In this document: positions 29,959 to 39,321 of the stretch, piece by piece
How the letters are laid out: every line of letters starts with the position of its first letter
Position numbering within the stretch: the stretch's first letter is position 1
Source: Nitrospirota bacterium
GTDB taxonomy: Bacteria > Nitrospirota > UBA9217
DNA: 64,000 nt
Assembly (NCBI GenBank): GCA_963818475.1
Contig: CAWFSF010000005.1
Coordinates: forward strand, 512,001-576,000
Direction of reading: 5' to 3'
Made by a program: the position numbers and the translations under genes
The notes under the pieces: generated by a model
Database searches by the model: none
Told to the model about the DNA's origin: nothing
The model's input: only the letters and a program-made list of their open reading frames with translations

Positions 29959-31861
29959 CTATCCCTTCAACGCCTCCAGCTCATCCCACCGCTTATACGC
30001 TGCCGCCAGTTCCTTCTCCACGGTCTCAAGCCGTGCCTTGGTCGACGCGACCTTGGCCCCGCTCTCCTTGTAGAATGCCGGATCGCCCATGGCAGCGATG
30101 ATCTTCTGCTGCTCTGCGTCGAGTTCCTCGATCCGCTGCGGCAGGGCCTCGATCTCTTTCTGTTCTTTAAAGGTCAGTTTGCGCGGCTTCTCTTTCTGCG
30201 GCGCAGGCGCGGTCTTCTTTTCTTCCGTCCTGGCCGGCACGACAGGCGCTGAAGCTTCTTTTTTATTTTTGCTCTGGCGCAGCCAGTCGTCGTATCCGCC
30301 CACGTACTCGTTCACCTGGCCGTCGCCTTCGAACACGAGCGTGTTGGTGACGACATTGTTGATGAACGCGCGGTCGTGGCTCACGAGCAGCACCGTGCCG
30401 GGATAGTCCATCAGAAGCTCCTCCAGCAGGTCGAGCGTCTCCATGTCGAGGTCGTTCGTCGGTTCGTCCAGCACGAGCACGTTCGAGGGCTGGGTGAACA
30501 GCTTCGCCAGCAGCAGCCGGTTCCGCTCTCCGCCGGACAGGACCTTTACGGGGCTGCGCGCGCGTGCCGGAGCGAACAGGAAATCCTGCAGATAGCCGAT
30601 GATGTGGCGCTGAATGCCGTTGACGGTCACCTGATCGCTGCCGTTCGCCACGTTGTCCTGCACGGTTTTCTCATCGTCGAGCTGGGCGCGGTGCTGGTCG
30701 AGATAGGCCACCTGCATGTTCGTGCCGAGCTTGAGCTTGCCCTGCAGAGGCTTCAGTTCGCCCAGCAGGATCTTGAGCAGCGTGGTCTTGCCCGAGCCGT
30801 TGGGCCCGATGATGCCGACCTTGTCCCCGCGGATGATGGTCGTTGACAGGTCGCGGATGACCACCTTGTCGCCGAAGCTGTGGCCCACGCCCTCTGCCTC
30901 GACCACGAGCTTGCCCGTGCGCTCCGCTTCCTGGATCTGGATGTTCACGGTGCCGATCTTCTCGCGCCGGGCGCTCCTGGTCCTGCGCAGTTGCTCGAGC
31001 GCGCGCACGCGGCCTTCGTTCCGGGTCCTGCCGCGCCTTGACGCCCTGCCGGAGCCAGACCTCTTCTACAGCAAGCTTCTTGTCGAACTTGGCGTTCTCC
31101 ACTGCTTCGGAATCGAGCGCCGCCTGTTTCAGATCAAGATAGGACTGATAGTTGCCGGGCCAGCTCGTGAGCCTGCCGCGGTCCAGATCGACGATGCGCG
31201 TGGCGATCTTCTGGAGCAGCGCCCGGTCGTGGGTCACGAACAGCAGGGTCCCGCCGAAGGTGAGCAGGAACTCTTCGAGCCATGAAATGGCAGTGATGTC
31301 CAGATGGTTCGTGGGTTCGTCCAGCAGCAAAAGGTCCGGTTCGCCTGCCAGGGCCTTTGCCAGCAGCACCCGCCGCTTGAGCCCGCCCGAGAGCTCCGAG
31401 AACTCGGCGTCTTCGGGAAGCTGCAGCCGCGTCAGGATCTCGTCCACCTTCTGCTGCATCTGCCACCCGCCGGCTGATTCGAACCTGTGCTGCACGTCCT
31501 CGAGCTCGGCCATGAGCTTTTCGCTGTGGTCATGTGCCAGCTTCGCGTTCACATGATGGTACGCGGCAAGCAGTTTTCCCTGCTCGCCGAACGCGGAAGA
31601 CACCACGTCGAACACGCTGCCGAACAGCGCCTGCGGCACTTCCTGCGTCAGGAGTGTGATCTTTACGCCCTGCTGAAAAACGATCTTGCCGCCGTCGGGC
31701 TTCACTTCGCCGGTGATGAGCCGCATGATCGTGGACTTGCCCGTGCCGTTCCTGCCGACCAGGCAGACCCGTTCGCCCCGGTCTATCGAGAGATCGGCAT
31801 TTTCGATCAGAAGCGGCCCGCCGAAGCTGACCTTGACGCTCTGTAAACTGACTAAAGCCAT
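29959..31861 (-). CDS. uup: ABC-F ATPase Uup (frameshift near 31025)
   Basis: Two ABC domains (GRNGTGKS, GPNGSGKT, LLLDEPTN); WLRQGVKAR linker; KLTFKEQKE..RWDELE C-terminal domain. Confidence 0.9.
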
Positions 31862-32067
31862 GCAATACCCCGTTCTTTATTAACTATTTGTGCCCGCACA
31901 ATGTACCCTTTGGCGTGCTGAATTGCAACCGAAATCATGACAACGGCTGGATCTGAAGCAACCGAGCGGCTTCAGGGATCGAAGAAAGCGCTGTTTGGAA
32001 TTCTTTATGTATGTTATATTCTTTGCCGGCTATCGTAGCTGTCGGTAACGGGGATCAGTGTGAAAGA

Positions 32068-32268
32068 ATGAAAGAGCAGGAGATCATCGAAGGCCTGAAG
32101 ACCGTTTGTAAATGCAAGGGCATCAGGACGAGCGTGTTCCTCAAGCTTATCAATGGCGGCATAACAACGGTCGAAGGGTTGCAGAAGGCCACAGGTGCCG
32201 GCACGGGCTCGTGCAAGGGAAAGCACTGTACGCTCCGAATTGAGGAATTGATCAGGTCAGTGAAATAA
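32068..32268 (+). CDS. BFD-like [2Fe-2S] protein
   Basis: VCKCKGI...ATGAGTGSCKGKHC. Confidence 0.8.
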   Translation: MKEQEIIEGLKTVCKCKGIRTSVFLKLINGGITTVEGLQKATGAGTGSCKGKHCTLRIEELIRSVK

Positions 32269-32400
32269 CCGCAGAGTTAATTACAGAAAGAATATTTGCG
32301 AGGGCGCGAAGAGCGCAAGGACGTCAAAAAGAGCAAGGCCATTATTTTAAGAACTTAAGGTGCCCTCGCGACCTTTGCGTCTTCGCGGTGAAAATGTTTT
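32265..32400. repeat. Phased-repeat palindromic element (GCGAAG/CTTCGC type)
   Basis: gcgagggcgcgaagagcgcaaggacg ... ctcgcgacctttgcgtcttcgcggtgaaa. Confidence 0.6.
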
Positions 32401-32427
32401 GGTTCCATCCGTCAGAGTTCAGCGAGT

Positions 32428-33107
32428 CTATCCCTGCTTCTGCGCCACATACACCACATGCCGCAAGCCCGCCTCTTCCCGGACGCTGCCGATCGATCGC
32501 AAAGCCTGCTGCTGTTAACCGCTTCTCAAAAGCCTCATCGGGATTTTCTCCCCAGATCGCAAAAATACCGCCATCCGTAAGAGCTTCAGCCGTTGTCTTC
32601 AAAGCCCGGCTCCCGTAAAAAGGATCGTTCCTTGCGTCCGTTTTCGCGTGGGGTCCTTCGTAGAGATCGATGATGATGGCGTCGAACTTCCGCGCCTTCG
32701 GCTCCGCTGCCTGGCCGATCAGGTAGGCAACGTCGTCAACGATGATCGTCACCCGGGGATCATCGACTGACCTGCTCCGTGAGGCCTCCCAGCGGACCGC
32801 GGCACCACCTGACCACGACCGGATTGAACTCGGCGACAACGACCTCTGCGTCCGCAGGCAGGGCATCAAGCACCGCTTTCAGTGTGAGCCCCATGCCCAG
32901 GCCGCCGACGAGCACGCGCGGCTTCGGGCGCAGTGCCGCCTTTTTGGCGGCAAGCTCGCCGAGCACGATCTCGGAGCGGTTTGCCGTGCTGTTCATCAGC
33001 ACGCGGTTGTTGATCATGATCAGAAAGTCGCGCTCGCCCCGCTGGCGCAGTTCGAGAGGACCGTCCACGGTTTCGATCGTTTCTATTGTTTTCCACGGCT
33101 GCGCCAA
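32428..33107 (-). CDS. Spermidine-synthase-like SAM-dependent transferase (two frameshifts)
   Basis: RVLMNS, VLVGGLGMG, VVVAEFNP, FDAIIIDLYEGP. Confidence 0.8.
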
Positions 33108-33140
33108 ACATCACCTCTTTGTCTGCTTGAACCGAAACTA

Positions 33141-33290
33141 AAATGTCAGCCGTATCCTCGGGGAACGACATGGCTGTTCCGACCTTGTTCACCTTCTTGC
33201 TGCCGAGCCCGAAGCGCGCGCGGACAACGAGAAGATATCTCGTTTTCGTCGGGAGCAACAGTGCGTCACCGGGACACTGGCTGACACTTT
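33141..33290. ncRNA. Candidate structured RNA (long interrupted hairpin), family unassigned
   Basis: TGTCAGCC(33144)/GGCTGACA(33279) closing stem plus inner CTGTT/AACAG and CCGAC/GTCGG pairings; no credible ORF. Confidence 0.4.
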
Positions 33291-33555
33291 ACAATATTTT
33301 TGAAAGAGACTCAAGGACAACCGGAGAGGGATGACAAGATATTCCGTTTCCGCTACATACCAGCTCCGGATTTTAACGTGGACGGTCCGAAGCACGCTTG
33401 AAGAACGCCGACGATGATCCTGACGTGTTTTGTATGCTGAAGCGGAGTGGAACGGTATTGCAATAAAGGGAGTAAGGCGAACTCTGATTCGATAGGTGGC
33501 GCACGCGGATCTGACGTCGCGTTGCGTAAATCGGCATTACCTGATTGAAGGACGT

Positions 33556-33591
33556 CTGACGGGAAAAGCTTATGGACTCTTCCCGTCAGAT
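33556..33591 (-). terminator. Stem-loop after the Roadblock-fusion gene
   Basis: TCTGACGGGAA...TTCCCGTCAGA inverted repeat. Confidence 0.55.
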
Positions 33592-33607
33592 CCGAACCGC
33601 ATGTCTT

Positions 33608-34810
33608 TTACATCCTGCATTCTTCAGCACAAGACTGAATAATAGAGCCAACCTTCATCTTTGCCATACCGATGCTTGCGTCCGTCGTCAGGAACAGAAC
33701 GAGATGAACGTGGGCTTTGCCCGGCTGTGATTTAAGGGGATCGGTCCCTTCATTGAGACACCTGACGATGATATGGGCATGCTCGGCCTCGACGTGCACC
33801 AGCTCACCCCTCCCCGTGCCCATTTCCAGGGATGCCTTCTGTGCGTTCATGAGAACGTTGTTTGCCAGAACGCCGACCATCTTCAGATTAGCCTTGCTGC
33901 CCGCCGCTTCATGGATTGCAAGGGCTTCTCCTGTCGGGGTAAAAAGCCCGACCCCGCCGAAACCATCGATTGCCGCAAACTCTTTTAATCTGTCCTGAAT
34001 AGCCATGATACTGATCTCCTCTGTCTTTGAATTTGTTGTTTCGCGCTTCGCCACATCAGGAGAAGAGCGTCCTCCTGCATCTTCGATTGTCTTTTTTTCC
34101 GTGCCTGCTATCTTTTCCGTCCTCCTTCCCTCAATCTCGCGTGCATGTTCGTCTTTTCTGAGAAAGCTTTCCATAAAGACATGATGCAGTGTGAAATTTA
34201 TTTTTTTCTCTTTTTTCTTGCACACATTATTGATTTCTATTTCTGCGTTTTTCCAGCATACGATCTCATATGCGGCGTCCGCACCGCTCAAATCCCCGAT
34301 TTCCGCATCAAGCAGAATACCCTTGCTGAAATAAAGGGTCCCCTGCTTCTCACTTTCCTTGATGAGAAGCGTGCACGTCTTTTTCTCCACCTCGATCAAT
34401 TGAAGAAACGATGCAAGGTTCATGTTGTTTATGTAGCCACGGGAGCTCGCGGAAAGGCCCTCATTTATCTTCCCCGCGAGAACTTTGAAATCGAGGGGTT
34501 TTTCAATATACGAAAGCGCTCCGAGCTTATCTATCCGGCTTTCGATATCAGGTGTTCCGAAAGCGGTCATGATGATCACTGGAAGATGGGGATGGCGACT
34601 GCCCATGTGCGCCAGCAGCTCAAACCCGTCGAGGACCGGCATCTTAAGGTCGGTCACAACAAGGTCAACCGGATTTTCCGAAAGGTAGGCAACAGCCCGT
34701 GCGCCGTTTGCGACGGTAGCGACGGTGAAATCGCCGGCGTATGCCTTCAGGCCGTCGGAAAGACTCATCAGAAATGATGTATCATCGTCAACTATTAGTA
34801 CGTTTTTCAC
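33608..34810 (-). CDS. REC-DUF4388-Roadblock-like fusion protein (third copy, divergent Roadblock)
   Basis: Receiver; LASFLQLIEVEKKTCTL DUF4388-like domain; C-terminal IDGFGGVGLFTPTGE...SIGMAKMK Roadblock/longin-like domain. Confidence 0.8.
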   Translation of the reverse strand: MKNVLIVDDDTSFLMSLSDGLKAYAGDFTVATVANGARAVAYLSENPVDLVVTDLKMPVLDGFELLAHMGSRHPHLPVIIMTAFGTPDIESRIDKLGALSYIEKPLDFKVLAGKINEGLSASSRGYINNMNLASFLQLIEVEKKTCTLLIKESEKQGTLYFSKGILLDAEIGDLSGADAAYEIVCWKNAEIEINNVCKKKEKKINFTLHHVFMESFLRKDEHAREIEGRRTEKIAGTEKKTIEDAGGRSSPDVAKRETTNSKTEEISIMAIQDRLKEFAAIDGFGGVGLFTPTGEALAIHEAAGSKANLKMVGVLANNVLMNAQKASLEMGTGRGELVHVEAEHAHIIVRCLNEGTDPLKSQPGKAHVHLVLFLTTDASIGMAKMKVGSIIQSCAEECRM

Positions 34811-34864
34811 AATGGCTTCCTTATCCGTTAGTTAATGACCAACACTGTTGTGACCATACCTTAT

Positions 34865-34880
34865 TGCATTAACCATGCCT
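34865..34880 (-). promoter_or_regulatory. sigma54 promoter with candidate upstream activator repeats
   Basis: AGGCATGGTTAATGCA (GG-N10-GC); ACCTATTAT direct repeats at 34952 and 34984 (32-bp spacing). Confidence 0.7.
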
Positions 34881-35031
34881 AATAAGGCTCTATGCATTTT
34901 CGTTGAGATTCAAGGGGGTTTAAGGAGAATTGCCGGATTTACGGGAAGTTGACCTATTATAGATAACCTGTTTTAGGCTACCCACCTATTATCGGTTAGT
35001 AAAAGGGGCGGTGCTTGCTGTATGAAGGCGG

Positions 35032-36405
35032 TTAACTGATCCCGAATTCCAGCATTTTTCTTTTCAGTGTCGAGAGAGAAACACCCAATGTCCTGGCAGT
35101 CTTGCTGTAATTTCTCGAAAGCCTGGCCAAGGCGTGCAGCAGGTACCTTTTTTCAATCTCTCGAAACGTGGTCAGCTCCTCTTCATTGCTGAAAGGCGGC
35201 GCGATGTTCTTTTGTATCGGTGGGGATGACGCGGGGCGGGAAGGGTCCCCCAGAAGCGCGGAAGGTTTGATCGAGGTCCCCGTGCGGAGAATAAGCGTCC
35301 TTTCTATGATATTTTTCAGCTCTCTTACATTGCCCGGCCAATCATACTCAAGCAATGCGGCGATCTCGGAGTCGGGGAGCGTAATATCGTTGCCTCCGCC
35401 GAGCTTTTCTATCAAATGATTGCAGAGTTCGGGCAGGTCTTCCTTTCTCTCCCGCAGCGGCGGGATATGGATCCGTATCACACTCAGACGGTAATAAAGG
35501 TCTTCCCGGAACCTCTTCTCCCGTATCGCCCGATGCAAGTCTATATTCGTAGCAGCAATGACGCGGACGTCCACAGACCTCGAAGTTTCCCCGCCGATTC
35601 GTTTAATTACCTTTTCATCCAGTACGTTCAGAAGCTTCGATTGCAGGTGCGGCGGGATCTCGCCGATTTCGTCGAGCAATATGGTGCCGCCCTCAGCCAT
35701 TTCAAAGACGCCTTTTTTGGCGCTGGTCGCTCCGGTAAATGCTCCCTTTTCATACCCGAAGAGTTCGGCCTCAATGAGGCTTTCCGGAAGCGAAGCACAG
35801 TTCAGGCTGACGAAGGTTTTTCCCGAAACCGCGCTGCGATAGTGCAGCGCTTTCGCGACAATATTTTTTCCCGTGCCCGTTTCGCCCGTTATGAGCACCG
35901 GTGCATCGGACGACGCGGAAAGATCTATCAACTTGTCGATTTCCCTGAAGACGGCCGACGCGCCGATCAGCGCTACATCATTGCTTTCCCGGCTTTCCCG
36001 GTACTGTTGAAGCTGCTCCACCCTTTCCAGGTCCGACGTTCTCAGGGCGCGTTCGATGGTGAGCTTTAGTTCTTTGAGGTCAAACGGCTTTGAAAGGTAA
36101 TCATGGGCGCCTTCCTTGATGGCCTTCAGCGCGTTATCAAAACTGGGAAACGCGGTCATAAATATTATCTTTGTCTGTTCGTTGAAATTGAGAATAGAAG
36201 CGCAGAGGTCATATCCCGAGGCATCCGGCAGCCGCTGGTCGAGCAATACGACATCCACCTTCCTGGCGGAACACAGTTCCAGAGCATGTGCACCGTTATG
36301 CACAGACACGACCGAAAGCGCGCCTTCGGTCAAATAGTCGGTGAGGCTGTCGCAGAGAGATTCATCGTCATCCACAATGACGAGCGTTTTTTTCGTCTTA
36401 GGCAT
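35032..36405 (-). CDS. sigma54-dependent response regulator (paralog of 10362..11729)
   Basis: REC domain, [26 protein letters not shown]. Confidence 0.95.
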   Translation of the reverse strand: MPKTKKTLVIVDDDESLCDSLTDYLTEGALSVVSVHNGAHALELCSARKVDVVLLDQRLPDASGYDLCASILNFNEQTKIIFMTAFPSFDNALKAIKEGAHDYLSKPFDLKELKLTIERALRTSDLERVEQLQQYRESRESNDVALIGASAVFREIDKLIDLSASSDAPVLITGETGTGKNIVAKALHYRSAVSGKTFVSLNCASLPESLIEAELFGYEKGAFTGATSAKKGVFEMAEGGTILLDEIGEIPPHLQSKLLNVLDEKVIKRIGGETSRSVDVRVIAATNIDLHRAIREKRFREDLYYRLSVIRIHIPPLRERKEDLPELCNHLIEKLGGGNDITLPDSEIAALLEYDWPGNVRELKNIIERTLILRTGTSIKPSALLGDPSRPASSPPIQKNIAPPFSNEEELTTFREIEKRYLLHALARLSRNYSKTARTLGVSLSTLKRKMLEFGIS

Positions 36406-37474
36406 GACGGTCGCCTTCCGGAAGGGTGATACGCACTATCGATCCTATATTTTCAGTGCTGTTTATTTCTATCACACCTCCCATTTCCGCAAGCATTTTT
36501 CGTGAAATGACGAGGCCGAGTCCGGTACCCTGTGGCTTCGAGGTAATAAAGGGTTTGAACAGGTCCTTCTGCTGTTCATCGGGGATCCCGCAACCATTGT
36601 CCTGGATTGCGATCTGAACAGTATGCGCAGCGTTGTAAATTGAAAAATGAATGTGAGGATCGTCACGTCGCTCCAGTGCATCAGCGGAATTCGTCATGAT
36701 ATTCAGAAGCACCTGCTGAAGCGCCCTGGGGTCTCCCCGGACCCATCCCGCCCCGGAACAATGTTCACACTTCACTTCAATGCCGTTTCCCTTGAAATCA
36801 TCCTTAAGCAGTGAAAGAAACTTTTCCATGAATGCGGACAAGTCGAAATCTACGATCTTCTGGGTCTCATAGATGTTGAAATTTTTCAGGGTTTGCAGCA
36901 GGTATTCGACGCGTCCGATATCATTCAGCGTGCGGTCAACATACTTAAGGATGGTATCACGTGGATAATTGTCAATATTATCTTTGAGAACGCTTAATGC
37001 CACTTTCATCGAATTGATGGGGTTCCCGATCTCATGCCTGACGCCGGAAAAAATATAGCCGATATTGGTTGAGGAATTGACCGCCTCGGCAATGGATTGG
37101 AGCCGCATCTTTTCCGTAATGTCCCGGACGAATATCCAGACAAATTTCTCCGCCGCATGATAGACGGTGAACCCCAACATCCTCCCATTGAGGTGAATAT
37201 GGTCCGAGGCGTTCGGATAATTCGCGACTTCACTGCTTTCCTTGGGGAGCAGCAAAGCGCAGAACGTATCGTAATCAGCCGGCACGATGCTCCCGTTGAA
37301 AAGGTCGGAAAACAACTTATTTTTAAAAACAATGGTCTTGTTTTCGGTATTGAAAACGGTGATTCCGACATTGATCGTTTCCATAATATCGGAATAAATG
37401 CACATACCGGGACAGGCTGATTTACTGATGGGACATATGGGGTCCGGCTGACCCGCATGTCTACACTCGCTCAT
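36398..37474 (-). CDS. Cytoplasmic histidine kinase with Cys-rich N-terminus (paralog of 11722..12816)
   Basis: CRH-x7-CPISKSACPGMC; RHEIGNP; DNGCG; GTGLGL. Confidence 0.9.
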   Translation of the reverse strand: MSECRHAGQPDPICPISKSACPGMCIYSDIMETINVGITVFNTENKTIVFKNKLFSDLFNGSIVPADYDTFCALLLPKESSEVANYPNASDHIHLNGRMLGFTVYHAAEKFVWIFVRDITEKMRLQSIAEAVNSSTNIGYIFSGVRHEIGNPINSMKVALSVLKDNIDNYPRDTILKYVDRTLNDIGRVEYLLQTLKNFNIYETQKIVDFDLSAFMEKFLSLLKDDFKGNGIEVKCEHCSGAGWVRGDPRALQQVLLNIMTNSADALERRDDPHIHFSIYNAAHTVQIAIQDNGCGIPDEQQKDLFKPFITSKPQGTGLGLVISRKMLAEMGGVIEINSTENIGSIVRITLPEGDRHA

Positions 37475-37660
37475 AATTTTTAATCCTGGAAATCAACTGC
37501 ATTCCCTTCCTGATGAAATTTTCATGCATCATTGTTCTGCGAGGAACGCTCGGCTGTCTCTCTTTGAGCGATATGGCAAAGACGACTCCGGATACGTGAC
37601 TATGAGCACTGTTTATGCGTCCACTGCGCCGGGTTCCTGCGACGGACCTCGAATGGATAA

Positions 37661-37843
37661 CTAGCTTGCATACTCCCAGGAGGGACAAGCTGAGCCATCT
37701 TTCGAGTGCACCGGCTTACCGAAGTTTTTGCACCAGAAATTCGCCCCATAGCTTGCAGCATCCTTGCCTTCTGCGTCCTTTTCCGATGTGTGCTTGCATG
37801 CGGAGCAACCGTTCATTTCCTGAAATTTAGTGATCCCAGCCAT
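37661..37843 (-). CDS. Small 4-Cys protein, HiPIP-like cysteine spacing
   Basis: Strong SD GGGGGAGG; CSAC...WCKNFGKPV...CPSW; no signal peptide. Confidence 0.65.
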   Translation of the reverse strand: MAGITKFQEMNGCSACKHTSEKDAEGKDAASYGANFWCKNFGKPVHSKDGSACPSWEYAS

Positions 37844-38197
37844 AATTACCTCCCCCTCTCGGTATAACCTTCAGTTTATTTTACATCTGATAAAAAAGTA
37901 TAATCATTGCATTATTTAGCAATATTTATACCATCGCCTTATTTTTATAACTATCTGAAATAGAATGGTTAATTATTAGTCTAACAGAAAACTGTACGGA
38001 AACACTACCAAATCAATAAATCGATAGCCATAATTTGGCATGACGTGTACCCTGGAACCCAAGGTACGTAAGAGAACGGCGAACGACAACGTTGAGTTCT
38101 CTCCGCTCTCGTCACGTGCCCTGCCATACCCGCACTGATCAGGTAGTACGATACGCTGTTCCTGCGTCTGACGAAAACCACTCATGTTCCTCTCTCC

Positions 38198-38226
38198 TTG
38201 ACAGCGCTCCTGCCTCATGTTACCTT
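38198..38226 (+). promoter_or_regulatory. sigma70 promoter, leaderless start for the ABC ATPase
   Basis: TTGACA-17-TACCTT (extended TG)-6 nt-ATG(38233). Confidence 0.65.
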
Positions 38227-38232
38227 GACCGC

Positions 38233-39118
38233 ATGGCACCGGTCCTGGAAGCACAACATATTGTCAAAACCTATCCCGGCCTGACTGCGGTGGACGACGT
38301 GAGCCTCGCTATCGGGCAGGGCGTCTGCTTCGGCCTGCTCGGCCCCAACGGCGCGGGAAAGACCACGCTCATCGAGATCATGGAAGGGATCAAGCCCTTT
38401 GACTCCGGCACGACCCTGTACAAGGGCGCACCGGTGGACGCCCATTTCAGAAAAGAGGCAGGCATTCAGTTTCAGGCCACGTCGCTCCAGGAGTTTTTGA
38501 CCGTGCGCGAGACTCTGCGGCTCTTTCGGCACCTCTACCCGAGGACCATGGACCTGGACGAGGTCATCAAACTCTGCAGCCTCGAAGAGTTCCTCGACCG
38601 CGACACGCGCAAGCTCTCGGGCGGCCAGCGCCAGCGGCTGCTCATGGCGCTGGCGATCATCAACGACCCCGAGGTGCTCTTCCTGGACGAGCCCACGACC
38701 GGGCTGGACCCGCAGTCGCGCCGCAATTTCTGGGACCTTATCAACCTGGTCAAGTCGCGGAACAAAACGATCGTGCTGACCACGCACTATATGGACGAGG
38801 CCTACACGCTCTGCGACGAGATCGCGATCATGGACCACGGCAGGCTCATCGCCCGGGGCACACCGGCGCAGCTGCTGAAGGATCACTTCGGCAATGTGGT
38901 GCTGCAGTTCCCGGAAGAGTGATGTCGCCGGCAAGCTGGAGGGGTCGGGGCTTTGTGCTGCTCAGCAGGCGGGATGGTGCGAGATCCAGACCCATGATGT
39001 GGACCAGACGATTAAAACGCTGCTTACGCACGGCGTATCGCTCAAACACATGAACATTCGCTCCTGGAGCCTGGAGGACCTGTTCATTGCGCTCACGGGA
39101 AAAGGACTGAGAAGCTGA
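38233..39118 (+). CDS. ABC-2 type exporter ATP-binding protein (frameshift near 38915)
   Basis: GPNGAGKT, LSGGQ, LFLDEPTTGLD; C-terminal SLEDLFIALTG. Confidence 0.9.
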
Positions 39119-39129
39119 TAGGAAGAGCA

Positions 39130-39284
39130 CTTCTTTGACACGGATCAAATCGGATAAGAACCGGATAACATCGGATTTTTTTAAGACGTGCAGTTACCCC
39201 AGTGGTAAGGGCATCGCTTAGGATGTATCCGCCGTTATCAGCCGTAAATCCGCTTCTTCCGTGTCTAAATACTTTTTAAGGTTG
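39130..39284 (+). repeat. Phased-repeat palindromic element, 10-mer family
   Basis: Same arm structure as 29763; central hairpin variant TTACC-CCAGT-GGTAA. Confidence 0.85.
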
Positions 39285-39321
39285 ATGTTTTTTAATTCAA
39301 ATCTTCGTTTGGATATAAATC

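Noticed and set aside
33448-33463. TGGAACGGTATTGCA as a sigma54 promoter
   Set aside because: GG-to-GC spacing is 9 rather than 10, and no plus-strand gene follows
37976-38254. 92-aa minus-strand ORF
   Set aside because: Overlaps the ABC gene promoter and start; atypical composition; no motifs
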